A stretch of DNA of 64,000 nucleotides from Albugo candida (lineage: Eukaryota): NCBI GenBank assembly GCA_040437565.1, contig JBDOQK010000018.1, positions 310,001 through 374,000 on the forward strand. The letters are read 5' to 3'. Under the pieces are notes generated by a model, which saw only the letters and a list, made by a program, of their open reading frames with translations, ran no database searches and had not been told where the DNA came from. Every line of letters begins with the position of its first letter. Position 1 is the stretch's first letter. Made by a program: the position numbers and the translations under genes. This document shows, piece after piece, positions 38,730 through 49,382 of this stretch.

Positions 38730-41700
38730 ATGATGCTGACAGATGCAATTGATGCTTTGCTTACAAAGTTGAGATGTACCTCGTTCCGAGTGAGTCCGGA
38801 TGACAGGAAATGGGCGGAATTGGTCCATAAATCCTTACAATCGCTACAAAATCCGATTGAAACTGAGATGCTACAGTTTTACATGGACACAAATTGCACA
38901 AGAAAGCGAAAATCAGACGAGCTGAAGGACTGGGAGGAATGGGATCGTGATGAATCGCATCATCTTACAATGGAAACCGTTCTAGATCCAGCCAAATGGA
39001 AAGACGTCGAAGCCATTGCGTTGGCACTATCGACAGGATTGACATCGTCTGAACGATTTCTTGAGGTCTTCAAAGTGCTTTGCTTACATTACTCAATGAA
39101 TAGCATCTCTATCTCTCGTCTGTACCGTTCTATGGTTCACACATTGAAAATTGCGAAGCGATGGTCTTGGCTACAAGAGCTCTCGCCATCTTTATTAGAT
39201 ATCACTTATCGTAAAATTCAACTTTTATATGCAGAAGCAAAGTTTGCAGAAGAAGAAGATGAAGTAATGTTCAATCTCATGGAAACAGTACTATTGTGGT
39301 GTGAACTACTGCTTGGATATCAGCACTCGTCTTCATTATTTTCAAGCCGAAAATATCAAGTTGTTGGACTTTTGACCCATCTGGAAAGCGTAAACGATAG
39401 CGTGCAGCTCATTAGTGTCAGAATGAAAGGTTTAGTGGACATAAAAGATTCGAATGCAATTGCTTGTCAGATTATAACAACGGTTATGGCACTTCTTATG
39501 TATCATCAGAGTTGTCCTCACGAGAATAAAAATATTTATGGGCTGATCATTGCACTTGGGTTTAGTGTGAATAGTGGAGCGATGAAACAGCCCAGAAGAG
39601 ACTTGATCAATGTGCCATCGGAAAAATTGACCAACCTTCTACGTCAAGCTGCGTGGATATTACAACCAGAGAAGCTAACGTATATTTTACCTTTTTTTGA
39701 AGGGAAGTGGGAAGCTGATTGGATTGGTGACAAAGGCTTTGGAACGATAACGAATTCCTCTTATCAAAAGCACTTTGGCACTCTCTACATGCGCTCAGTG
39801 GAGCGTTATCTCACATATCATGTAAACGCCACAATTCATGAAGCAAGCAATTTTACCGCTGGAAAGAGACCATTACAATTTCGTGGATATATCTTCCGAG
39901 GAAATGATTGTTTGGATGAAAACTCAAATGCCTCTTGGACTTTTGAAAGTCATTTTGGTTACGAAAAGGGTGATGCATCACTCAACCAGTGGAAGTGCTT
40001 GTCCTGTGCATTTGTCAATAAAGCCTCGGCTTTATTTTGCATAACTTGTGGAAAGCCGGCTCCAAGTAAAAGTGGTTCCATGACAAAAAGTAGTGCGCAA
40101 GATCCACTCTCCAATGCTGGTTTCTCGCGTGGAATTTTCTTTGGAAAGGACAAAGCTTTCCTACGAGTGCACTGGTCACGAGGTGAAGAAACCGGCGTTT
40201 GGTTAGCCCGCAAATGTGAGACAAAAAAGAACTTCAGTCTCGGTCAATTATATAATAGTTTGGCTGAGGTCTCCTACAGCGCTAATGTTTTTGCAAATGA
40301 ATGGAATCCAGACCATGTCGTCATGATCGAGAACTGCTCTCTATCATCAACACCCGACATGACAATCGAATTTTGGATGCTTCCCAAACAGGCTGATGGC
40401 TTCCAGGTCATATTGTCAAGTAGAGATAACGTTGTGTATCTCACACCCAGAAACAATCTCATTTGGCAGGTAAAAAAAATGCACACAATAGCCGCCAACT
40501 CGAATGAAACACAGCAAAATGGAATGTTTTTAGACGGAGGTACAATGAATGTCAAAAAATTCACTCATGTGTCTCTGACGATGGAGAAAAACGGTCATCG
40601 GCTGATAAGAATTGACAATACAATTGTAGCCGACTCACAAAATTCACATTCTTGTGATCTGAAGGTCGAGGATTCTCTCGAAGAAAAAGCATCAGATCAA
40701 AGGTCAGAAGCTTTGGAGAACTTGCTATTCCTAGGTGGAAAAGGTCATTTACACGGTGATTTCGCGTGGAAAATATCTGATTGTTTCGGTGGTGCAATAA
40801 GTGATCTCCGAATATGGTCGCTTTTTGCACCATTTACGGAACAGCTTCCTTCCTCCAAACTTTCATTGTATGGAAATGAACTCAATCTTTTGGGCTATTA
40901 CCCGCTGGTAGGAAACTTGTGTCGGGTCCTCATGGACAAATCGAACGCACAGAATCACGCTAGTTTGGCCTCATGGTGTAGAGAAAATCTGTCGCTAGAG
41001 ACAACGCGAGAAGTGGAAGGTAGTCCTCTGTGTCAGGTGCATCAGTATCCAGTGCAAGATGGTTTCGTGAAAGAAATTGGGTCCTTGCTGATTGCAGGAC
41101 ACTGTGAGCTGTGTGATGATGCAACCTTACAGATTCAGCGTGCAGGATTGGGCTCTTCCGTGTGGCTCAACGATCCCATCAATATAAGAGAAGGTTTTCA
41201 TGTTTCCTTAACAATTAGAGAGGAGTCTGGCAACACTACTTCACCTTCTCCGCTACTACTTGGAATATGTAACAATACAACCTGGGAATTGAGCTCATGC
41301 TTACGTGAAGCAAAAGTAATTTGTGACAATCTAGGTGATACATGCACGTTTGTGGAATCAAGCAACGCATTGATGACAACCACGTCTTTTTTCGTCGTCA
41401 TTCGACGTTCATCAACCTCAACTTCTGACAAATGTATTTGCGATATCGCCATTTTCGTATGGCGTGCTCAGAAGGCATTTCAGATTTGCCGGGCTTCTCA
41501 TATCTCCATCAATGCTTTTACGACCATGTCGATCGATTATAGTGCACCTGAACACGTGTTTAAAGTGAGCATCGAAGGAACAGGGACGATCATAGAGTCT
41601 GTAATTGATCTCGAGTCAGCACTCGTCATGACCCCGAAAGTCAATGATACCGACTCGGGAAGTGCGAGATTCGGGATTATATTCCCAAATTTGGAAAATA

Positions 41701-44700
41701 CGATCCTGCCGTCTGTGTATTTGACCGAATGGCTTGTGAATGCGTCAGTCCGTGACACGAACGACGCCATCCACAAAGATATCCCAATGGATGGACTCGC
41801 AGCAATCTATCCACACTTGGCTCGACAAAATAGCTCTACGCATGCGGGAAAAGAAGATCGAGATAACACTATACCGCCCCTGACACTATGCTCCCGTATC
41901 CGATTCGATGACCAAGCAATTCAACAAGAAACATATGGCTGTCAGACCTGTAGTCTCGATCATGGAACGCTTTGCCGCACCTGTGCGGTTATATGTCATA
42001 GTGGTCACGATCTGATCGCAACTGGTGCAAAGTCGATTTCATGTGCTTGTCAGTCACGGGGATCGGATCTTTGCCAATGCACAACGCAGACTCCCAAATT
42101 CACTGTTGATTTATTTCCAGCGCTTGAAAGCGGAACGGTAGCACATTTCTGGCGTTGCGATCAGTGCACTATCGTTAATGAGGCTAACGCGGTAGCATGC
42201 AAAGTTTGCGGAAGGAATACAACAATTTCGCCAGCTCGAGACACGGCAGACACTCCAATGCTAAACACCTCATCAGATGGAACATTGTGTGAGTCGGCAA
42301 AACATGCTTTCTCGGAATGGTCTTGCGTAGCGTGCACAATGCTTAACGAACCAAATGCGAAAAAATGTGCTGTTTGTGAGACAGTAAGACTCGGACACTC
42401 GCCCCACACAGGTGGCAAAGAGACGCAGTCACGAGGACAGCTGACTCCATTTCATACAGATAGCGCTGGTATAACGACGGAATCACCAAATGATCCTTCT
42501 GAGTCTCATTGGGATTGCCAGGCTTGCACGATGCAAAATCCGGCAAGTAATGTCTGTTGTTATATGTGTACAACTGCTCGCGAGAATTCCCAAACAGAAG
42601 CGAATCCTCCAAATTCCCCTGACACATCAACGTGTGAAGCGCTTCAGACTCCTTCAACACCTTCTCAAAACATTACGATCGAACGAAATACGATCATGGA
42701 GAGGAACGTTTCAGTCCTATCGACGCTGTACGCTGACATATTGCCAGATGAAGCACGAAAGAACGGCAATGACTGTGATTTTGTAGGCGAAAGCTTTTGG
42801 GAGACAACAATCGGCAACATGCTTCTCAACACAAGCGACCATCCATTTACGTCTCATTATGTCAACAGTAAATGTGAAGGAGATGGCTCTATCCACGGAA
42901 TCGCATACTGGGCACATTCGAGTGGGAGTTGGAGACTCCGAGGAGCGTATAGAAAAAAATCACAATCTCTCGGAAGCGCCATTGATATTCAGTGGAATTC
43001 AGAAGGGTCTCGATTTGAAGGGAAATTACATTGTGGGAATGCAGGCGAGACACTGAATTGCACAAAGTCTCCATACACTTGCGAATTCCGTGGGCTCAAA
43101 AAGGTGCTTTATGAATGCAAGGGCGAGAAGTCCGTGGATTCTGCCACAAAGTTTCAACCATTTTACTGTGGGCTTCTGAACATGCAAGACAGCTTGACAA
43201 ATATATGCTATCAAAACAGCTATTTACAGGCATTGTTCATGACAAAAGCATTTCGCCATTTGATCCTCGAGTACACAACAAACGACCGTGAACAAGCCAA
43301 CAAAGAAAGTGTTGAAAGTGTCAACAAATCGATCACAAGCATTCTGCAGGACATATTTGTAAAGCTCCTCTGCTCTCAGCGTCCGTTTATTGCAACACGA
43401 GAATTACAAAAGTGCATACCGTCAGAATTTAATAGCGGCCAGCAACAGGACACTTCAGATTTTGCTCATTATCTAATGGATGCAGTAAGCTCAGAGGTAG
43501 CTCATGACCACATATTCGCATCCAAACTAGCTCAGATATTCGGTGGATTACAAGCAACCATTGTCACATGCAAAAAGTGTGAGAAACATTCGATGCATGA
43601 AGAGTACTTCTGGGAACTCTTATTGAACATGGTGGATTTGAAGTATACTCCGATTGTGGATATTTGTGCTGTGAGTGGTGACGCATCCCATATCGAAACT
43701 CCTGAGGGCTATGAACGACTTAATTTTGATCTCAACCAAGGTCGGACAGGATCACCTCCTCATGTGTTTTTATGTGTCAAAAGAGCTCCCGAGAAGAAGC
43801 AGATCGAAAATGATGACTCTGTAGCAAATCTCCCAGTGACCGAGATTGTGCTCAGAACTTCCCTTACTATCGATGCTGCTCCATGCATGCCATCAGAATA
43901 TGAACGTGTGGGCGTCAATCTGAATGTTGGAGGATCCAGTTTGAACGATAACAAGCGCCAAATTTACATGTTTTTCAGAAGAGATCCTAATGGGTCCCCG
44001 ATCACTGACCTCCACGTACTGTATAGAAATGAGCCATTACCTGACGGATACAATCTTTTGGATACTGATCTCAATATGGGAGATGGCGATAATGTGTTTC
44101 TGTGCTACCGTTGTGACATGCCCATTACTGATATCAAACTGGTTGATTCGAACGTCTCTGGCTATAGTCTTAGTCCCGAATCGCTTGTACTGAAAGGACC
44201 AACGACCAATTCTCAGCATGCTGGTGAGCAGTACCTTGCTTACAAAGTAGGTGGCGGGACGGATGTCTGCGTGACAGATTTGACCGTTGTATCTGAATCA
44301 CGATCCAAGGAGCTCAAACAGCGTGGATGGGAGTGTATTGGTGTGCTTGGAAATACGCGGGGAGCTGTAACTCGAAATGATGCGATGGAGGACAATGACA
44401 CTGGATTGGATACAAGAGCTGATGATAGTTCTGAAGAATACAACTCGGCAGCCATAGATCATGTGATGGTGCTAAGAGGCCATGGGAATCCAATCGTTGC
44501 AATTGATGTCTATCGAGCACCTCGACAAGTACCAAAGTTCAGTGACTATGAGATCCAATCTTTATATACGCATTTGGATGCAACGAAGAACGCCAGTAAC
44601 GATACGAGCTCGAGAGTGGAGAGAATTCTGGCCACTTTGGAAGGAAACTGGAAAGCCACAGAGAAATCCGATCAGTCACATCGTTTCATGGTAATCGATC

Positions 44701-47063
44701 CATTTTCTACAGTCGACATCAATTTGGATGAAGCGTATCTTGTTCAGGGTCACTGGAACGATAAAGACGAGATTTTCGCTGTTGCAATACCAATCAGAAA
44801 GCCGATGGTCACGTGGGGTCCGACGAAGGAGAAACTGAACAACGCACACGAGCCAGATTCTGGGGATATCGGTCCTGCCCAAGCAGAAGACACAATCACT
44901 TCTTTCCGACTGACAGGTTATGTGCGAGATGCATCGAGATCAAGCGAGCCACACGTGATGCAGTTTGATTTGACCACACCGCAGCATGAAGACCTCGATT
45001 CTTTTTGTACAGTGCTGGGGAATATGGGCGATGGTCGTGGAATGCTGCTACCTTTTTCAGCCATACAACGATCGAAAAAACCATTGCTGAAGCGAGTTGC
45101 AACAAGCCTCGTGCTCTTACGAGGGGATGAAAGTATCCCAGAGAACGTCGACGTCGTTCGGACCACTGTGTCTGGAAATACTGGGAATTTACTTGCACAA
45201 TCCAAGTCTCCTCACAGTCTCTACGTTGGCGTCACTCGTGATCCATCGAGCAAGCATTATGTCGACGACGTGTGTGTGATATATGGGGAAGTTGATGCGG
45301 TCCCTGAAAGGTGTATATGCGTAGAGACAACACCTGCTGGACACTCGGCAAACCTCAACGACGGAACGTCTGGAGTCACCATGTTTATATGTTATCGACT
45401 AGCTTCGATCGACGAACAGACAGAAGAAAGTCAGACCGTGATGGATGTGGCTCTCGTCTGCTCTTCTCAGGGTCATAGCGATGCCATTCCGCCAAATTTC
45501 TACAAGGTGACACAAACCCCGTTAGGCCTTAGTGCGAATCTGAATGAGGGAACCCAAGGTGCCATGATGTTTTTGTGCGTTCAGAAGCGACTTCTGCATG
45601 AGGTTCCGAGGATTATACATCATCCGATGAATGGAAGATACGAGATCTTATCATTTGGAAATGGACCGCCTTTGAAAAAGTATCTCAATCTCTGCGTCAC
45701 ACGAATGTACACGCGAGCGTATCCGATAAAAGGCGGAGTTGGACCAACTTTTCACGGAAGAGCATCTATGCATACGGTCCGTGGGATTCTCTGTGTTGAT
45801 GATGCAAAGGGAGCATCTAACGAAAAGATTATTGGCTTATGGACACCAAACTGCCAAGGACAATTCATGGCCTCTCTTCCGGTATTTCCATTCGAGTTGA
45901 CGCTGAAAGGAAGTGATGCAGAGATGGAGGGATGGTACAGCTCACCAGATGGATCCATAAAACCTAATGTGCTCACCATCAAGACCCCTGGTAGCAAAAC
46001 AAGCAATGCAATTGGAAGCGGACGTGCCTGGTGTCTTCGAAAGGATTCTTATGTACAGATAGCCTTCAAGAAGGACTATGGTAGTGAATGGAAAGACGGC
46101 AAGTTGATCTCATCTGAACGTGTCTGGCGACACGACATTCCATCGATGCTGAAACGATTCACCGCGACCCGCACCATGGGAGGCCTCGACGCCTTATCAT
46201 GCTCCAGATGCCAGGAGAAAACGGAATCTCGCACGCACACAGTGATCGTGTCTCCCCCCGACCATCTCGTACTGACTCTCAAACGCATGTATTATGACGT
46301 CAAGCAACAAAAGACCCAAAAATGTCTTCGTGATGTTGCATTCCCGGCATTCCTGACACTTCCAGATGTATCTTTTAACGATGAGGAAATCATCCACGCA
46401 AGCAAGGAGAGGAACCAAATTCATAAGTCTCATGATCGGGACTATGGGCTTTACGCTGTGTTGATTCATAGCGGCCTGACTGCTAATTCTGGTCATTACT
46501 ATAGCTTCTGTCGGGTGAGCGACGGGAATGAGCTTCATCTTGACGACTCAGAAGCGAATCCTTGGATCAAATTCAATGACACAAATGTGGAGTTTTCGAG
46601 TATGAAGGAGATCCATCGAACGACCAGATCGGTGTCGGACTCTGTGTATTTACTGTTGTACAAGAAGCTCAATTACAAAGTGGAATTTGAAATTGAAGGC
46701 GCTGAAGGAGATGAGACACTTTTATTAGCTAAAGCGATGGCGCTTTCTATGTCTGCTGCAACTGATTCTGTCGAAATCGTCTGCTCTGGAGGTGTAGATG
46801 TGGATGCGCGCGGTTTGGATAGGAATTTAGTCGCTAAGGTACGCATTGTTGCCGCTTTCATCGCGCAAAAAACTGAATTTTGTGCACAGGTTGAGCAAGA
46901 GAATACGAGATTTTTACACCATCTGGAGAAATTCGCGTGTAGCGAGGAGTATGTAAAGGATTTGCACGCAATGAGCCTTGCTACATGCGGATTGCCCCAC
47001 AATATCTCGTGGCTGCAAGACAAGCTAAAGTTCGATCGACAAAGTTCGGACGAAAAGCTCTAA
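38730..47063 (+). CDS. Giant ubiquitin-specific protease (peptidase C19) with RanBP2 zinc fingers, LamG/ConA-like region, UBR-type zinc finger, MABP repeats and UIM
   Basis: 2777-aa ORF. Cys box GLLN...NICYQNSYLQAL; GQQQDTSDF; His box YAVLIHSG...SGHYYSF; WIKFND. Four W-x-C-x2-C-x3-N-x6-C-x2-C fingers. Possible in-frame 51-bp intron 46839-46889. Confidence 0.93.
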   Translation: MMLTDAIDALLTKLRCTSFRVSPDDRKWAELVHKSLQSLQNPIETEMLQFYMDTNCTRKRKSDELKDWEEWDRDESHHLTMETVLDPAKWKDVEAIALALSTGLTSSERFLEVFKVLCLHYSMNSISISRLYRSMVHTLKIAKRWSWLQELSPSLLDITYRKIQLLYAEAKFAEEEDEVMFNLMETVLLWCELLLGYQHSSSLFSSRKYQVVGLLTHLESVNDSVQLISVRMKGLVDIKDSNAIACQIITTVMALLMYHQSCPHENKNIYGLIIALGFSVNSGAMKQPRRDLINVPSEKLTNLLRQAAWILQPEKLTYILPFFEGKWEADWIGDKGFGTITNSSYQKHFGTLYMRSVERYLTYHVNATIHEASNFTAGKRPLQFRGYIFRGNDCLDENSNASWTFESHFGYEKGDASLNQWKCLSCAFVNKASALFCITCGKPAPSKSGSMTKSSAQDPLSNAGFSRGIFFGKDKAFLRVHWSRGEETGVWLARKCETKKNFSLGQLYNSLAEVSYSANVFANEWNPDHVVMIENCSLSSTPDMTIEFWMLPKQADGFQVILSSRDNVVYLTPRNNLIWQVKKMHTIAANSNETQQNGMFLDGGTMNVKKFTHVSLTMEKNGHRLIRIDNTIVADSQNSHSCDLKVEDSLEEKASDQRSEALENLLFLGGKGHLHGDFAWKISDCFGGAISDLRIWSLFAPFTEQLPSSKLSLYGNELNLLGYYPLVGNLCRVLMDKSNAQNHASLASWCRENLSLETTREVEGSPLCQVHQYPVQDGFVKEIGSLLIAGHCELCDDATLQIQRAGLGSSVWLNDPINIREGFHVSLTIREESGNTTSPSPLLLGICNNTTWELSSCLREAKVICDNLGDTCTFVESSNALMTTTSFFVVIRRSSTSTSDKCICDIAIFVWRAQKAFQICRASHISINAFTTMSIDYSAPEHVFKVSIEGTGTIIESVIDLESALVMTPKVNDTDSGSARFGIIFPNLENTILPSVYLTEWLVNASVRDTNDAIHKDIPMDGLAAIYPHLARQNSSTHAGKEDRDNTIPPLTLCSRIRFDDQAIQQETYGCQTCSLDHGTLCRTCAVICHSGHDLIATGAKSISCACQSRGSDLCQCTTQTPKFTVDLFPALESGTVAHFWRCDQCTIVNEANAVACKVCGRNTTISPARDTADTPMLNTSSDGTLCESAKHAFSEWSCVACTMLNEPNAKKCAVCETVRLGHSPHTGGKETQSRGQLTPFHTDSAGITTESPNDPSESHWDCQACTMQNPASNVCCYMCTTARENSQTEANPPNSPDTSTCEALQTPSTPSQNITIERNTIMERNVSVLSTLYADILPDEARKNGNDCDFVGESFWETTIGNMLLNTSDHPFTSHYVNSKCEGDGSIHGIAYWAHSSGSWRLRGAYRKKSQSLGSAIDIQWNSEGSRFEGKLHCGNAGETLNCTKSPYTCEFRGLKKVLYECKGEKSVDSATKFQPFYCGLLNMQDSLTNICYQNSYLQALFMTKAFRHLILEYTTNDREQANKESVESVNKSITSILQDIFVKLLCSQRPFIATRELQKCIPSEFNSGQQQDTSDFAHYLMDAVSSEVAHDHIFASKLAQIFGGLQATIVTCKKCEKHSMHEEYFWELLLNMVDLKYTPIVDICAVSGDASHIETPEGYERLNFDLNQGRTGSPPHVFLCVKRAPEKKQIENDDSVANLPVTEIVLRTSLTIDAAPCMPSEYERVGVNLNVGGSSLNDNKRQIYMFFRRDPNGSPITDLHVLYRNEPLPDGYNLLDTDLNMGDGDNVFLCYRCDMPITDIKLVDSNVSGYSLSPESLVLKGPTTNSQHAGEQYLAYKVGGGTDVCVTDLTVVSESRSKELKQRGWECIGVLGNTRGAVTRNDAMEDNDTGLDTRADDSSEEYNSAAIDHVMVLRGHGNPIVAIDVYRAPRQVPKFSDYEIQSLYTHLDATKNASNDTSSRVERILATLEGNWKATEKSDQSHRFMVIDPFSTVDINLDEAYLVQGHWNDKDEIFAVAIPIRKPMVTWGPTKEKLNNAHEPDSGDIGPAQAEDTITSFRLTGYVRDASRSSEPHVMQFDLTTPQHEDLDSFCTVLGNMGDGRGMLLPFSAIQRSKKPLLKRVATSLVLLRGDESIPENVDVVRTTVSGNTGNLLAQSKSPHSLYVGVTRDPSSKHYVDDVCVIYGEVDAVPERCICVETTPAGHSANLNDGTSGVTMFICYRLASIDEQTEESQTVMDVALVCSSQGHSDAIPPNFYKVTQTPLGLSANLNEGTQGAMMFLCVQKRLLHEVPRIIHHPMNGRYEILSFGNGPPLKKYLNLCVTRMYTRAYPIKGGVGPTFHGRASMHTVRGILCVDDAKGASNEKIIGLWTPNCQGQFMASLPVFPFELTLKGSDAEMEGWYSSPDGSIKPNVLTIKTPGSKTSNAIGSGRAWCLRKDSYVQIAFKKDYGSEWKDGKLISSERVWRHDIPSMLKRFTATRTMGGLDALSCSRCQEKTESRTHTVIVSPPDHLVLTLKRMYYDVKQQKTQKCLRDVAFPAFLTLPDVSFNDEEIIHASKERNQIHKSHDRDYGLYAVLIHSGLTANSGHYYSFCRVSDGNELHLDDSEANPWIKFNDTNVEFSSMKEIHRTTRSVSDSVYLLLYKKLNYKVEFEIEGAEGDETLLLAKAMALSMSAATDSVEIVCSGGVDVDARGLDRNLVAKVRIVAAFIAQKTEFCAQVEQENTRFLHHLEKFACSEEYVKDLHAMSLATCGLPHNISWLQDKLKFDRQSSDEKL

Positions 47064-49307
47064 TGGCTGGACAAGATCGATCATACCAAAAAGATGCGCC
47101 ATCTAAATCATGGAAGAAGTCGCAGTCGCGGTCGAAAGGCAAGCATAAACGTGTAGATGCGCACAGCGATATAGTCGATAGAAGAAAACGTGCTCGAGAG
47201 CACATGAAAGCGAGACAACAGGCAAATGCCAATAGGTTGCATGGAGAAGAAGTAAAAGCAAGAAAGCAGAAACTATGTCGTGAAGTAGCTGCGAAAATTG
47301 TATGGCGCAAGTTTGAGCGGAAAAATGAAGCGTTTGAAACGTTTTATAAGCAGTTGATGCAGAAAATGTATTTTAAATGTGACAATTTTGATGCAATATG
47401 GACGAGTTTCATTGACTGCATGAAGAAATCTCTCTGCGTCCATTTTCGCTTCAATCTCAATCAACCTGACCTCGCACATCAAACTCTCCACGTATTCCAA
47501 CATGAAATTATTCCAAAATACGTCGCTGAGTCACATCGACAGAGAGTTTCGGAGGATGTCAGTGGAGAGGAACGAACGATTCAGATCGCTCCTTTGGCTT
47601 GGGCTTCTTTTGCCAATGAAAATCTATGGAAAGTGTCAGTCGATGCGAAACAATTCCGCAAAGAGGAAAGCCTTATGGAAATTTGCGCTTTTGTACATGA
47701 AAACACAAAATTCGGTTTGCTTATTCGCCATGATCCGACAATAAGCCTTCTTCCCGAATTGCTTTCTATACGACCATCGGATCGAGTCTTGGATCTATGT
47801 GGTGGGGCAGGAGAGCATGGTATTCGAGCGCCTGTGCTCGCAGAGTGCTTAAGAGCTCCTGGTTCTCAAGGAGTACTTGTTGTGAACGAAACAAGTGTTG
47901 CGTCTGGTGCGATTGCACTCAGGAATCTAAGCCGCACGTTGACTTGTAGCGCCAATGTGATTGTCACTACCCATCGAATCCTCGACTATCCTCAAATGGA
48001 AAACACGCATGATGGATTTGATCGTGTCTTATGTATGGTGCCCTGTTCCGGCGACGGAATGATTCGGAGTTGTCCGGAGAAATGGCGTACATGGACCGTA
48101 TCAAAGGGAAATGAGAATCATCAGAACCAAATCAATCAACTTACCAAGGCAATTTCATTGCTAAAGGTGTGTGTTTGGTGCTTGACGCAATCGAAAAGCA
48201 TCACCATCTTTCTCTGTTCTTCAGGTTGGAGGAACTGTATTATATTGCACCCGCTCTATGAACCCAATCGAAAACGAAGCTGTTGTTACTGCAGTATTAG
48301 ACAATGGTTTATGCAAAGTTGAGGTCAGCTCACATTCTTCAAAAAGTCTCAATCATTATACCTTACTCACTGCTTCTTGTCTGTAGCTTATCGATATTCA
48401 CCGCAATATGGACGAGAAATTCCCGGCCTTCTTAAAGCATCCTGGTGTAGAATCTTGGGCAGTGTTTGGCGAGGACATGCAGATCTTGCCTTCTTGGAAA
48501 GATTTGAATGACAAAGACAAAAGCAGACTCAACCTCACCATGTGGCCTAAAGCAAATATGAAATTGGATCGATGCGTTCGAGTACTTCCGCACGAAAACG
48601 ACACTCACGCTTTTTTTTTTGCGGCTTTAAGGAAATGCACAGCGGAAGCCATTCCCACTGTCTCTGCAGCTCCAAAAGCTGACAAGCCCCAATATTCCGA
48701 TCGACGAAAACATATATCTTCCAGCAAGCACTTTGCACCATTAAAGCGTCTGAATTGGGAAAAAATGATCGAGTTTTACGGACTGGAATTACCACCACAT
48801 TGGAATCAAGATAGCTTCCTACAGAAACGACAATCCATTCAGAACGGGCAGTGCTCTGTTCATCTGGTATCGCATCAAGCAGTCAGCATACTAACCTCGA
48901 GGCATATTGGTAAATTAGCGGTTCAACGAGCTGGCGTCGAGGCTTTCCATTTGAGTGTGTCAACGAGCCGAGCCGAGATAACGGATGCAGGCGCTCAAAC
49001 GCTCACATCAGCTCTCACAAAGCAGATTCTTGGATTACAACTCGGTACATTTGAGAAATTACTGGAGGGAAAAGAATTGTGGAATCATCAGCTTCCAGCC
49101 CTCACACTCGAACACGCGGAGGCACTTGAAGATGGACCATTTGTGGCCGCCATTGAAACACCACGCGATCCAAACGAGAACATAATTGGTCTCATCACTT
49201 GTGTCAAGCATCAGAATGGGATCTCACTGGCAGCATCACCGGATCTCAATTATAATCGATCGCGTCTTCTATTTCTACTTTCTCGATTCAACAAAGCCAA
49301 AAAATAG
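47063..49307 (+). CDS. NOL1/NOP2/Sun (NSUN2/Trm4-like) RNA m5C methyltransferase-fold protein, catalytically deviant (3 exons)
   Basis: RVLDLC, FDRVLCMVPCSGDG, LLKVGGTVLYCTRSMNPIENEAVV, RVLPHENDTHAFFFAALRK. Introns near 48167-48224 and 48324-48386. Confidence 0.88.
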
Positions 49308-49382
49308 CAAAAATTTGGTCTCATTATTTGCACAATTTTGTATAAAGAGTGTTTTACACTTTTCTTTTGCTCAAGAAATAGC

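Noticed and set aside
46985-47062. Upstream ATG extending the NSUN-like ORF into the USP coding sequence
   Set aside because: It gives 26 extra codons in an alternative frame of the USP with no supporting motif. ATG 47063 is preferred, though unproven.
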